DNA of 64,000 bases from a virus (Duplodnaviria; Caudoviricetes): positions 32,001 to 96,000 of IMG/VR virus record IMGVR_UViG_3300037851_000141; one strand, given 5' to 3'. A model generated the notes under the pieces. The model was not told the origin of the DNA. It made no database searches and worked only from the letters and a program-made list of their open reading frames with translations. Made by a program: the position numbers and the translations under genes. This document shows positions 27,241 to 37,570 of this stretch, piece after piece. Positions within the stretch are counted from its first letter, which is position 1, and every line of letters starts with the position of its first letter.

Positions 27241-27858
27241 TTATACCTTATTTTCTTCAGTTTTTATTACATCAGCAGTTGTTTCTTTTACTTCTTTTTT
27301 ATATGATCCTGGTGGTGTAATTCCTTTAGCAGCAAGCATGTCAAGAATATCTGAGTTTGTACCGATGAGTATATTTGTTGTACCACCAGCCATTCCAATA
27401 CCAGCATTCATACTTTGATTTTGTAAGACTAGCTTTTTTTGTTCAAACTGTTCTCTTGCGAGTTGTTGTTTAGAAATATTGATAAGTATTTTATTATAGC
27501 TATCCATTATTCCATTTATAGCTGAAACCATTGCTGCTGCTGTTTCTACTGCTCTCCCGCTTGGATTATCTTCGATTTCAGTTTGTATAGCCGCGAGCAT
27601 AACCATGGCACGTTCAGTGAGATTTTTTAGTATTGTTTTTGAGAATTCTGTATCTGGTAGGTCTTTTATTTTATTGAATTCCTCTTTCATTTTATTTACT
27701 TCTTGACGAGCGACATCTATTTTGGCTTGAAGTTCTTCGGTTTCTTCGGAGTTAAAGTCAAGATTATCTGAGTTACCATCAATATTTAAGATATCTTCGA
27801 TGGATTTGAACGATTTTGATTTTTTCTTTTTTTCTTTTGATTCGTCATTATTTTCCAT
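27241..27858 (-). CDS. terS: Terminase small subunit, gp16-like
   Basis: DTEFSKTILKNL...PSGRAVETAAAMVSAI...TTNILIGTNSDILDML parallels gp16; directly upstream of terL. Confidence 0.75.
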   Translation of the reverse strand: MENNDESKEKKKKSKSFKSIEDILNIDGNSDNLDFNSEETEELQAKIDVARQEVNKMKEEFNKIKDLPDTEFSKTILKNLTERAMVMLAAIQTEIEDNPSGRAVETAAAMVSAINGIMDSYNKILINISKQQLAREQFEQKKLVLQNQSMNAGIGMAGGTTNILIGTNSDILDMLAAKGITPPGSYKKEVKETTADVIKTEENKV

Positions 27859-27866
27859 GGTTTATC

Positions 27867-29054
27867 CTAATCTTGAAGGTGAGGTAAATTGGTTGGCGCA
27901 TCTGGATAATCATCATTTGGTATAACAGTTGGCCCTTCTATTATATCACCAGTTGGGCTTAATTTCTTATAATATGATACAATGATGATACGTGCGCCTT
28001 GAGTTGGAGAGTCTATTACTTCTTGGACTTCCTGATAATATATGGTTATTTGTTGAGTAGTAGAATCGACAAATACAATAGGTTTACGCGGCAATAAGGT
28101 ACAAGGTGATGGTTGTTCTGGATCTATTGTACCATCTGAATTAAGATCCCAACCCGGTCTTGGAGGTATTGGTTCTTGACAGTTATCAGATACACAACCA
28201 GAAAAAGAGGGTGGATTCATGACGTTATTAGCGAATCTCCATCTATTTACCATCAAGTCATATTTTTCACCAGCATCTAAATCGCGGATAGACAGTGAAA
28301 TAATACGATCTTCTATAGCTTCTGGAGTTGCGTCTGATGAATCTGCTGCTATTATCTTTTCACCTTGGAATGGAATTCGTTTACATGGAACATCTGATAT
28401 ACTAATGATTGAACATAAGATTTCTTTAGATAAGTTCATTGGTTGATATAAAACAGCCTGCATCGTAAAAGCCATATTTGTTAACAGTACGCGACGATCT
28501 TCTTCTTTAAGTTCTATTGTATTATTGAATGTTGTTGAGTTATGGATGACTTTACATTTACGTTCTATACCGAAGTTACGTTCTTTGATTGATACATATA
28601 TTTCTGGAGCGAAGAATGGTAAAATATTTTCTATAAGTTGTTTCATATCTATATCATATTTTGCCCACACCGTAACTTCGAAACTTAAGTCATATGGTGT
28701 TGGTTGAACGTCGGTTTGGATACTTCTACGTTGACCAGTTGTAGCGTCAAGATATTCAATATTCATCAGACGTTTCTCAAATTTACCACGCATTCTTTCA
28801 GGAACCCAAGTTATGCCAGCCCAATTTATAGATATTCTTGGAAGGTAATTATCAACTTGTGGGTCTACATCATTAATATCAGTTTTTAGTAATATTGATG
28901 CGATTTTTTCTTTAGATGCCAGAGATATAGGAACTGGTTTAATACCTACAATTCTTCCATCATTATCAAATACACGAACCGACATATTATTGAAGATATC
29001 AGCAAATGCCAGTATGTGTGTATATAGGGATTTGGGGTAAAAATAGTCTTTCAC
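27867..29054 (-). CDS. gp15: Tail sheath stabiliser / tail terminator
   Basis: YFYPKSLYTHILAFADIFNN...VPISLASKEK...LPRIS...PTPYDLSFEVTVWAK...QLIENILPFFAP; GTG start. Confidence 0.9.
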   Translation of the reverse strand: MKDYFYPKSLYTHILAFADIFNNMSVRVFDNDGRIVGIKPVPISLASKEKIASILLKTDINDVDPQVDNYLPRISINWAGITWVPERMRGKFEKRLMNIEYLDATTGQRRSIQTDVQPTPYDLSFEVTVWAKYDIDMKQLIENILPFFAPEIYVSIKERNFGIERKCKVIHNSTTFNNTIELKEEDRRVLLTNMAFTMQAVLYQPMNLSKEILCSIISISDVPCKRIPFQGEKIIAADSSDATPEAIEDRIISLSIRDLDAGEKYDLMVNRWRFANNVMNPPSFSGCVSDNCQEPIPPRPGWDLNSDGTIDPEQPSPCTLLPRKPIVFVDSTTQQITIYYQEVQEVIDSPTQGARIIIVSYYKKLSPTGDIIEGPTVIPNDDYPDAPTNLPHLQD

Positions 29055-29078
29055 AACATACCCCCCTTAAATCTCTTC

Positions 29079-29615
29079 TTATGACATGTATTGTTTAAAT
29101 GATTTTGGAGATTTTTTCTCTTCAATTTCTTGTGGCTTTTCAACTTTATTTTCTTCAGGTACGGCTGGTGGAGTATTGGCATCAGGCTTTATACCAGGAT
29201 TGCCTTCTTCTTTTTCAGCGGCTTTAAAGTCTTCACCAGCTTTATTGAGTTCTTCTTTGGCAGTATCAAGTTTTTCTACTGCTTTTGCTTCTATTTTCTC
29301 ATGTTCATCTTTAGTAATGGTGCCATCATGTTCAAGTTCTTCTGATGCTTTGATTACGGAGACAGCATCTTGAACTTTAGTAGCAGCATCAGCAAGAGCA
29401 TCTACAGATTTATGTTCTTTTTCTTCAACTTCATCAGACTCTTTCTCACCCTTTTCATCTGATACATCTTTAGGAGGTTCATCGGTTGTAGTCGCGGGTA
29501 AAGTCTCTTCCTTTTCTTCATCCTTCCACTCGTCTTCCTTAAAAGTTCCTTCAAAGAGAGCGTGGAGTTTTTGACCAAAGCGACCTGGGTTGAACTTATA
29601 TTCTTTATCTGACAT
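29079..29615 (-). CDS. Highly charged (Glu/Lys/Asp) hypothetical protein (178 aa)
   Basis: Own late promoter and GGAG RBS; low-complexity charged sequence. Confidence 0.75.
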   Translation of the reverse strand: MSDKEYKFNPGRFGQKLHALFEGTFKEDEWKDEEKEETLPATTTDEPPKDVSDEKGEKESDEVEEKEHKSVDALADAATKVQDAVSVIKASEELEHDGTITKDEHEKIEAKAVEKLDTAKEELNKAGEDFKAAEKEEGNPGIKPDANTPPAVPEENKVEKPQEIEEKKSPKSFKQYMS

Positions 29616-29648
29616 GATTTGGCTCCTAATGTGTATCCTATTATATTG

Positions 29649-29656
29649 TATTTATA
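29649..29656 (-). promoter_or_regulatory. T4-type late promoter TATAAATA
   Basis: Perfect match upstream of the 178-aa gene. Confidence 0.8.
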
Positions 29657-29663
29657 ATCTTTT

Positions 29664-30833
29664 TTACCAATCAGACCAAAGTTCTCTGTTATGTCTGATT
29701 ACTCTTCCAGATGGACCATATTTATTATACCCTATGAAACTTCTATAGTCCTCGGAATCTGGCGGAATAACCGTGCCATCATCTACATAAACTGGTATGC
29801 TTTGTTCGTTAAATGTACCTTGACGACCAGATGGTAAGTCCTTATAAACATTGAGGTTAGATTGTGGATCGACAACTTGATCTGCTGCTGCTTGGACCTC
29901 TTCATTATCACCTTTAGCAGAGAATGATTTTGGTCCTTGAACTCGGTATTTTTCAGCAATTCGTCCATCTGGTAAATAATAATCTTCGGGAACCTGAGTT
30001 AAATCTACAGGACCAGCAGGACCACCCGTTGTTTGATAGGCAATACGTCCACACGAATCTGGTGAGTCTGTTGATGTTGGTTGCGTTCCGACAAGTTCTG
30101 GATCTGGGAATGGTTGTGTCATATCATCGCAATCTGGTGTTGGAACAACGAATTGAGTATTACCTTGATAATAATCTGCTGGTAATCCTTTACTCGTTGC
30201 TAATTGTTCTAATGTCATACCCTGAGCAACTGGACCATATTGTTCGCCAAGTCCAATAACAGGAGCCGAAGCTTCCCGAGATTTAAGAGTCAATTTATAC
30301 CAGAACTTATGTCCAAAATGTTGTGAATTTGATTCTAAAAAGTGTAAACCACCAGTAACAACTTCATAAAATAAACCATTGTGTAAGGTTCCAATTATGT
30401 CTTTTGCTACTGGACCATAACCGCCTCGTCTTGATGGTCTTGGTGTCAGATTTGGGGCTTGTACTGGTGTTTCTCCTGATCGCCAACCAACTAATCCATC
30501 AAAAGTTGACCTATGAATGTACAAGATAAGAGTATCTATATTTTCAAGGCCAAATTGTGTGAAATTCTGTGGTTCTTGTGATAATTGGTCTGTTAATGCC
30601 GTTAATTGAATTGAGCGATCCCATACTGGAGTTGACGATTCTCCATGAATAACATCTAAATCGTTCTTATAATCATCAACGTGTAAAGTATAATAAACAA
30701 CTGGAATGCCATATATACCAGCATACTCAGCCATCATATTATCATAGGTTTCAATTTCTCGACGGTTATCATAGTCACCCGAGAATTGACCCCAATAACG
30801 CTTCCAACGAAAAGGATCTGGTGCGCCTGCCAT
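29664..30833 (-). CDS. gp14: Neck protein / head closure
   Basis: YDNMMAEYAGIYGIPVVYY...DVIHGES...FTQFGLENIDTLILYIHRSTF...KDIIGTLHNGLFYEV. Confidence 0.85.
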   Translation of the reverse strand: MAGAPDPFRWKRYWGQFSGDYDNRREIETYDNMMAEYAGIYGIPVVYYTLHVDDYKNDLDVIHGESSTPVWDRSIQLTALTDQLSQEPQNFTQFGLENIDTLILYIHRSTFDGLVGWRSGETPVQAPNLTPRPSRRGGYGPVAKDIIGTLHNGLFYEVVTGGLHFLESNSQHFGHKFWYKLTLKSREASAPVIGLGEQYGPVAQGMTLEQLATSKGLPADYYQGNTQFVVPTPDCDDMTQPFPDPELVGTQPTSTDSPDSCGRIAYQTTGGPAGPVDLTQVPEDYYLPDGRIAEKYRVQGPKSFSAKGDNEEVQAAADQVVDPQSNLNVYKDLPSGRQGTFNEQSIPVYVDDGTVIPPDSEDYRSFIGYNKYGPSGRVIRHNRELWSDW

Positions 30834-30849
30834 TAAAGTACCTCATCCA

Positions 30850-30857
30850 TATTTATA
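30850..30857 (-). promoter_or_regulatory. T4-type late promoter TATAAATA (gp14)
   Basis: Perfect match. Confidence 0.8.
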
Positions 30858-30863
30858 TATTTT

Positions 30864-31850
30864 TTAGACAACGCCAGATATAACTTGATTTAATGCCTTC
30901 TTAAGTTCTGGTGATATTGATTTTATATTATCAGCAGCATACGCAACAGTCTCAGCCCATAACTCGAAAGCATTTGATGCCGCATATTCGCTAGGAACTA
31001 AACCTTTTTTATGGGCTATCTCTCTTAATTGGTCACTCTCATAATCTGGTAAATCAAGCGCATCATATTTCTTCTGTGGTATTGAAATTCTCTTAAGTAT
31101 ATTTGTTAGCTTAGAGTTATCATATAAAACTGTCTTATCTCTCTTAACTGCTGATTTTATATTGTCTCTTATATGATTTTTTATCTGTACATCATCCATT
31201 AATATTGAGGCTGGTAATATAACATCCAAATCATGAGATAACTTATTTGTCTTGTTCTTATTGAAGTTATATAAAATGTCAGATATTTGATTGTCAGTAA
31301 GTTTGTTTGGTCTTGGATTTTCTGACTGATGTTGTTTGATTACTGGAGATAATACATTATGCTTATACCAATCAATAAACCATTCTTTAGTTTCTTTGTT
31401 TAGTTGTATCCATATTAAATGAGCAACTTCGTGTATCAATGTATGTTGGATTGGTATTACACTATGTTTAGCTGGATTAGTATCAACAAATATACTTCTT
31501 ATACCTGGATCAACAAAAGCCGAATAAGTAATATCAGTGGCAAACATTTTAGGATATTTCTGCTTCAATTCTTCCTTGTTATGATCAAAATCAATAAAGA
31601 TAACAGGAATCGTCTGACTTCCAAATCCTAAAGAACCTAACTTATAATCTACATCAGTTAATATTTTAATCTTATCAGAATCCAATTGGCCGGGCTTAAT
31701 CTCAGTTGTTGGCTCTGAACTTGGTTGTAAAATAAAAGGCTTAAATTGCCCAATCTTAGGAACTTGGACAATCTCATTCTTTAACATCCAATCCTTAGCT
31801 TGTCTAAAGTTTTCGTTGAGAGATTGAGTAGTAAAATAGTGAGAAAACAT
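30864..31850 (-). CDS. Putative zincin metallopeptidase (328 aa)
   Basis: TLIHEVAHLIW (HExxH, 31419-31433) and C-terminal SEYAASNAFELWAE third-ligand motif. Confidence 0.7.
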   Translation of the reverse strand: MFSHYFTTQSLNENFRQAKDWMLKNEIVQVPKIGQFKPFILQPSSEPTTEIKPGQLDSDKIKILTDVDYKLGSLGFGSQTIPVIFIDFDHNKEELKQKYPKMFATDITYSAFVDPGIRSIFVDTNPAKHSVIPIQHTLIHEVAHLIWIQLNKETKEWFIDWYKHNVLSPVIKQHQSENPRPNKLTDNQISDILYNFNKNKTNKLSHDLDVILPASILMDDVQIKNHIRDNIKSAVKRDKTVLYDNSKLTNILKRISIPQKKYDALDLPDYESDQLREIAHKKGLVPSEYAASNAFELWAETVAYAADNIKSISPELKKALNQVISGVV

Positions 31851-31857
31851 TGGAAAA

Positions 31858-33042
31858 TCACCCTAAATAGAAATCCGGCGGTTGACTGTAGCATCCATCG
31901 TTTATTTGTTGTTCAAGCTTCTCTCTTAAAGCATCTCCACGACTTAAATACATCTCAAAATTTACTGAGCCGCCGCCGGGCAAATTTATTCCAGTGTATT
32001 TGCCAGCGTTCATTCCGATCTGCGACATACATAAAGCTAACGCATATTCTCTCACGAATTGATGCTCATACATATAATCATCGGCAACTTTAGCGGTAGC
32101 TGCAATCGCAATGATTCCACGGGATGTTGGGGCTGGAGTTATACGGACTTTATGTTCAAGTTCTAATAACTGTACGTCAAGTTTAGTTGAATAAAGGGTT
32201 CTAAACATTTCAAGATACTGCATACCCATTTCCCAACCAACAACATCAACGAACCCACCTTGACCGCCATGCCAGTATCCATAACGATTATCAACCCAAG
32301 CAGTAGGACTTTGCATACCCCATGATCCACCACCACCTAATAACAAGTGCATTGGCGAGAATAATGCTTCTCCTTGAGTTTCATATGCTTGCGTGCCAAA
32401 ATACCCCGCCCCCAAATTGTGATGTAGAGCTATTATATTGCTTGGGAGGTCATATACAGACTTAAATATAAATCCTTGTTTACTTGGTTTACCTGTTGTG
32501 TCACCTTCAATCCAGAATGGACCTTCGGCTTCAGGATCACCCTTTTCAGTTTGTGTGAAGCAATGATCTGGTTGAATACCATCACCACACCAACCTGGAC
32601 CACGGCAAGGAGACTCTTCTGGACAACAAACGCCATTTATTGAAGTTGGTTTAGGATTCTCGCATGCGCCCAATGGTTTAGGAATATGAGTTGTATTAAT
32701 GGCTCCGCAGTCAGTTGGTGGGCATGCTGTAGTTCCAGTTGTGCCTGTAGTTCCAGCAGCAGTTGTAGATAAACACTCTGTAGTTACTGGTTTACGCCAT
32801 CTTCCGGCAGTTGGTCCCGGTTGATTTACTGACCCCGTGCCATCGTAATATACTGGCTCTGGGCTGATAAGGATGATTGTATTCTCATTACCCACACCAC
32901 TAGCAAACTCACCAAAATAATCGCATGCTTGGTCAATACAATCATCAATTTGAGTTGTATCAATAATAACGTCTACTACTGGAGCGCCTAATTTACGACG
33001 AATCCAATTAGCAAGTTCTTTTTTCTTACGATATGGGCGCAT
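31858..33042 (-). CDS. gp13: Neck protein / head adaptor with Cys-rich insertion
   Basis: KKELANWIRRKLGAPVVDVIIDTTQIDDCIDQACDYF...FVREYALALCMSQIGMNAGKYTGINLPGGGSVN. Confidence 0.92.
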   Translation of the reverse strand: MRPYRKKKELANWIRRKLGAPVVDVIIDTTQIDDCIDQACDYFGEFASGVGNENTIILISPEPVYYDGTGSVNQPGPTAGRWRKPVTTECLSTTAAGTTGTTGTTACPPTDCGAINTTHIPKPLGACENPKPTSINGVCCPEESPCRGPGWCGDGIQPDHCFTQTEKGDPEAEGPFWIEGDTTGKPSKQGFIFKSVYDLPSNIIALHHNLGAGYFGTQAYETQGEALFSPMHLLLGGGGSWGMQSPTAWVDNRYGYWHGGQGGFVDVVGWEMGMQYLEMFRTLYSTKLDVQLLELEHKVRITPAPTSRGIIAIAATAKVADDYMYEHQFVREYALALCMSQIGMNAGKYTGINLPGGGSVNFEMYLSRGDALREKLEQQINDGCYSQPPDFYLG

Positions 33043-33057
33043 AGGTATCTCCCATAG

Positions 33058-33065
33058 TATTTATA
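33058..33065 (-). promoter_or_regulatory. T4-type late promoter TATAAATA (gp13)
   Basis: Perfect match. Confidence 0.8.
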
Positions 33066-33071
33066 TGTTTA

Positions 33072-33302
33072 TCACACGATTGATTGTATTTTCTCAAATA
33101 ATGCTGTCATAATAGATTTCATTTGATTTGGCGTTATTGTTTGAGCGCCAACTGTCAGATTTCCAATATCTGTCCAATTTACCGTTTTGGTATATTGTTT
33201 TCCATCTTCATACCACTCAGCTTGGGTAGCATTTCTATTAATATGTAGAGCTTTGCCAGTTACCTGAATATCTGCTACTTTAGGTTTTGTTGAGTCGTCC
33301 AT
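33072..33302 (-). CDS. Small protein after the fibre gene, possible fibre chaperone (76 aa)
   Basis: Start reassigned to ATG 33302 (AAGGAG RBS); function inferred from position only. Confidence 0.6.
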   Translation of the reverse strand: MDDSTKPKVADIQVTGKALHINRNATQAEWYEDGKQYTKTVNWTDIGNLTVGAQTITPNQMKSIMTALFEKIQSIV

Positions 33303-33313
33303 GATAATCTCCT

Positions 33314-36106
33314 TTATGGGGGCGAGGTTGAATACGTCCAAGTTGCGTTGGTTGAAGACAGGTCAAGATAACGATATTTGATGTTGTTGGTGTCTACTCT
33401 GTATGCTATGACAAAGTAGTTCCCTTTTTTGTATGTTATCGTATCGCCATCCGTACTTGGAACCGTTGGATGGGAACTTAGTGATGTTGTCCAAAGATGG
33501 TTTAATTCAATGCGAGATGAACAATACACAGCGCCAGATAGATTAGTATCACCGTAAACAGTCAGTTGATAGCTTGTGGCTGGGTCTGTGTTTATGCCTA
33601 CACGACCATCTGATAGTATCTTGAAACGCTCACTGCCATTTGTCTTACATACTATATATCCAGCGTCTACCGCTTCCAAGACAAGAGCGGCAGTTCCTCT
33701 GTGGGATAATACTGAATTAGAGTTAGCGCCGGCATTATCACGTAATATTCTTAGTCCATAGTCAGTATATGTATCATCACCATGGAAATCTATGAGGGCA
33801 TACCGATTGCCAGAGCCGAATGCGTTAACCTCAATCGCTGTTCCTGTAGACATATCCCCGTTAACTTCTAACGCATAGCTTGTTGCCTGACGATTTATGC
33901 CAACCTTCGCATTACCTACACGAAGAACCGGAGTTTCTTGATATGACAAGTTAACTTCGGTGCCGGCAACTTGGATTGGTGCCCAACTTCCAAGGTTAGT
34001 CGTGTGGCTACCAACTGTAACCATGTTGCTTGATGATGTGACATATCCGCAAATCAGTTTGTTAATCCCGTCAGCACCGACAACAAGGTGTGGCCCCCAC
34101 GCACCGGCAGCAGCCTGCAATACTGACCCGCCAATTGCAACAGGACCATCATTGGCAATTCGCATGCGATAACTGTTATTAGTATAGAAATCCAGCGGGT
34201 GATTAGTATTGACCGCAACGAAAGCAGACCCTATCGTGCTGTAGCAGCCGAAATCGGCCTGAATGGCGGAATTGGAAGAGTATGCCCTAAAGCGGATATT
34301 GTCGGCCCCGTCGGCATATACGAAACCGGCAACTTCTAAAGCATGCACAGTTGGTTGTCGGCCAATGCCAATTCGCGCATCACCAACGTACAAGACCACA
34401 GTTCCATCAGAGTCAGCCAAGGCAAAATCGGCAATCGCACCACGATATGGACTACGATAATATGTACCCCAATTAGCATCACGCGACCACACACCACCAG
34501 TAAAATCGCCAGCGGTGGCCTGAAGCATCGCTAGGCCACCACCAAGAGTTACTTTGGATACTGTATATCCACTACGAGTAGCTGTTAGAAAATAATCGGC
34601 TGCGTTATAAGCATCATTGAGACATCCAAAATACATTGATGTACTATTCGTCCACACTTGCCAAAGTTTCTCATTTGTTGCTGCCGTTGATTTACACCAT
34701 GTTACAGTTGGATCGCTATTTACGTCACACCCAATGCTGGTGCCAGTTGCGCTACTAGAACCATTTGTAGTTCCAGAGGCGAGGATACGACCACTTGCCT
34801 GTAATGCCTCGCTGCCTGTTGGGTCCATGAGGATTCCAACTTTATTATAGAATCTCACAACACTGGCAGAATCAATAGTCAATCCACCATCTTCATATCC
34901 ACCATTGTTTCCGGCATAACGAAGCAGTCTAAACATTCCGCTAATTTCATCTATCACCCAAGTCTTTGTATTTCCTATAATAGCAAGTTCGCCACCTTCA
35001 GTGTTATTATACTTATTTAATACTAAGCCCCGGCCACCAGCATTAGTTGGGAATACTTCGACAGCGCCAGAAACCTGTAAACGTTCACTACCAGTTGGAG
35101 CCATACCGATGCCAACTAATCCGGCAGATGATATGCTTATGCGATCTGTGAATGTCTGTGCGCCTATAGTCGTTGGGTTACTTGATTGTATGATAAAACC
35201 ATCCGGCCCCTTATTTAAGAGTCTTACTCCCCAATAATCTGAATTTACTCCAGCCCAACGTTGATATTCTATGTACGGATTGTCTGATGCTGAGAAGAAC
35301 CCAATCGTCGGAGAGCCAGCACCAGATAATGTTGCGTTTAATGTGCCATTTATTTGTAGGGAGGCGGTGCCGGATGGTGACATTCCAATTCCGACTTTCC
35401 CACCATACTTATTCAACGATAAACTATATTTGTTGCTTCCTGCCGATGTCTGAAATGCTTCTAATACGTACTCACCAGATGTATCACTATATCCTTGTAA
35501 AGTAGTATCATTTGATGTATCATGATCAATATACTGGCGACCTATTCTTACATTTGATCCAACTTGACTAATTGAAGAATTGCCTAACGCTGTACTAGAT
35601 GTGGCAACTGGAATATAGTTTGTGGTTAATCCACTTATACCTCCACCGCCAGTTATATTATCTATTTGAGATTGTAAATGACCTGTAATTTCAGCAACTT
35701 CACTCTTATATATGTCTGGAGTTGGTTTTCCGCTACTTACTACATTACCGGAGCTATCAGTTACAAGTATGTTTTGATCAGTAATATTAGTTAAAACGAA
35801 TGGAACATTTACTTTTACGCCAGTTGTATCTACAGTTAAGCCATTACTACTATCTGTTGTAATTTTTATGGCTGTTCCGTGTTGGATATTAACATCAGAA
35901 TCATCTATAGATACTTCTTTACCTAATCCAGCAGTCATTATAACGTGAGTATTATCAAGCTCAACTTTCGTTTGTCCTGCTGGTGGTAATGGATCTGCTG
36001 TATATTTAAGTGTTACCGATTCGCCTTGAATGGTATGAATAGCTGATGGACCACCTATTGTGCTATTTTGGCTAACTTTAAGTGTTTTTATCTTGGTTTC
36101 TGCCAT
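33314..36106 (-). CDS. Tail fibre-like protein (930 aa)
   Basis: Repeated GxVGIG/LxVxG fibre motifs; RYALIDFHGDDTYTDYGLRI module; Gly/Ser/Thr-rich. Confidence 0.8.
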   Translation of the reverse strand: MAETKIKTLKVSQNSTIGGPSAIHTIQGESVTLKYTADPLPPAGQTKVELDNTHVIMTAGLGKEVSIDDSDVNIQHGTAIKITTDSSNGLTVDTTGVKVNVPFVLTNITDQNILVTDSSGNVVSSGKPTPDIYKSEVAEITGHLQSQIDNITGGGGISGLTTNYIPVATSSTALGNSSISQVGSNVRIGRQYIDHDTSNDTTLQGYSDTSGEYVLEAFQTSAGSNKYSLSLNKYGGKVGIGMSPSGTASLQINGTLNATLSGAGSPTIGFFSASDNPYIEYQRWAGVNSDYWGVRLLNKGPDGFIIQSSNPTTIGAQTFTDRISISSAGLVGIGMAPTGSERLQVSGAVEVFPTNAGGRGLVLNKYNNTEGGELAIIGNTKTWVIDEISGMFRLLRYAGNNGGYEDGGLTIDSASVVRFYNKVGILMDPTGSEALQASGRILASGTTNGSSSATGTSIGCDVNSDPTVTWCKSTAATNEKLWQVWTNSTSMYFGCLNDAYNAADYFLTATRSGYTVSKVTLGGGLAMLQATAGDFTGGVWSRDANWGTYYRSPYRGAIADFALADSDGTVVLYVGDARIGIGRQPTVHALEVAGFVYADGADNIRFRAYSSNSAIQADFGCYSTIGSAFVAVNTNHPLDFYTNNSYRMRIANDGPVAIGGSVLQAAAGAWGPHLVVGADGINKLICGYVTSSSNMVTVGSHTTNLGSWAPIQVAGTEVNLSYQETPVLRVGNAKVGINRQATSYALEVNGDMSTGTAIEVNAFGSGNRYALIDFHGDDTYTDYGLRILRDNAGANSNSVLSHRGTAALVLEAVDAGYIVCKTNGSERFKILSDGRVGINTDPATSYQLTVYGDTNLSGAVYCSSRIELNHLWTTSLSSHPTVPSTDGDTITYKKGNYFVIAYRVDTNNIKYRYLDLSSTNATWTYSTSPP

Positions 36107-36109
36107 ATA

Positions 36110-37570
36110 TCACCATAAGAAGTAGTGGAGTTTATATCCAGTTGTTGAAGGTACATCTGATAATACGACATTAAATCCTGTTCCTGTAACATTATATATA
36201 TTCGGAATAAGTAATTGGCTGGAACTTGTGGGAACAACAACGGTAACAACGGGATGAGTGTTGAATCTTGATGCGTGTGTGACTGTATATACATCATCAG
36301 TTGTATTAAGATCAATAGCGCCATCAACAATTAAGTTCCATATTTGATTTTGTAGATAACCAGATACATCTTCGACTGTAGCGTTTGTTGCTAAATCAGT
36401 TACAGCTATTCCAGATGAAACTATACCACCAGAAATATTGGAGACTAATATATTTTGGTCATTTACGGAAGAAATAAAATTACCAGATACTTTAACATTA
36501 CCTTCAACTTCTAATCTCTGTGTTGCCGTGATGCTGCTACCAAGATGAATATATCCAGTAGATTGTTCAATTCTCATTATTCCAAAGGTATCAGTACTAT
36601 TGATCTGTACAGCAACAAGGTTACTCACTCCATCACCATCAGTTGAAATAGTCATTCCTTTTAAAGTTCCGCGATTAATAGCCAGAAGAACAGTCGGATC
36701 TGTGGTATCTGGTAAGTTACTATATATGGTATTATTAGTATATATTGATCCATTAACAGATAACGTGTAAGTTGGTGTTGTCGTAAAACCAATACCCACT
36801 TTTCCGTCTTCAATCCGCATCCACTCACTTGATGCTGTACTACCTGATGGTGTTCCGAGAAATGAATGTCTAGTACTCCTATCAGTACCGGACCAAGTAT
36901 TTTTAGCATATATCACATAACTTCCATTGGAGGAAGTTGTATAACTCGAACCATCATAACCATAACCGGCAATCGATATTAACGCTGATCCGCTTGATAC
37001 TGTTGTTGGTGATGATCTAGTACCATTTGCGCGTCTGCCACCGATAACCGTATTAGAATTCCAGGTATCTCCAATTAAACGTACAAACGCACTATTAGCA
37101 CCACACATTCTAAACGCTGTGGTTGTATCAAGTGTGTCATTTGGTATTGATTCAGATCCAAAATCCGCTCTTATCGCTCCAGAAACTTGAACTCTTTGTA
37201 CGCCATCAGGAGTTTTTGCTATTCCTATCTTATTATCTGTTTGTGTTATTAATGAGTTTTGTAAATTGTTTCCATCAAATTGTGGTAAATTGCCTGCTGT
37301 TAGATTTACGGTTGACGCATAACTTCCCGAAATACTAACTGTGAACGTATTTGTAGGAGATTCAACAATTTGTATTCCTGAGTCACCTTTAATATCTATA
37401 CTATTTATTTGTGATTGTAGTTGTCCAGAAATATTAGCAACATCTGATGAAGTTATACTCCATTGAGTTGAAACAATATTACCATTTGAATCAACAGTCA
37501 GCGGTTTACCTTGATCTGATATCAAATCTTTTATTTTTATACCAGAATCAGATAAGATTTTATTTATCAT
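36110..37570 (-). CDS. Fibre/appendage protein (486 aa)
   Basis: Carries the shared GxxGIQxVESPxNTFTVS linker and the C-terminal GAIDLNT...GYKLHY domain. Confidence 0.75.
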   Translation of the reverse strand: MINKILSDSGIKIKDLISDQGKPLTVDSNGNIVSTQWSITSSDVANISGQLQSQINSIDIKGDSGIQIVESPTNTFTVSISGSYASTVNLTAGNLPQFDGNNLQNSLITQTDNKIGIAKTPDGVQRVQVSGAIRADFGSESIPNDTLDTTTAFRMCGANSAFVRLIGDTWNSNTVIGGRRANGTRSSPTTVSSGSALISIAGYGYDGSSYTTSSNGSYVIYAKNTWSGTDRSTRHSFLGTPSGSTASSEWMRIEDGKVGIGFTTTPTYTLSVNGSIYTNNTIYSNLPDTTDPTVLLAINRGTLKGMTISTDGDGVSNLVAVQINSTDTFGIMRIEQSTGYIHLGSSITATQRLEVEGNVKVSGNFISSVNDQNILVSNISGGIVSSGIAVTDLATNATVEDVSGYLQNQIWNLIVDGAIDLNTTDDVYTVTHASRFNTHPVVTVVVPTSSSQLLIPNIYNVTGTGFNVVLSDVPSTTGYKLHYFLW

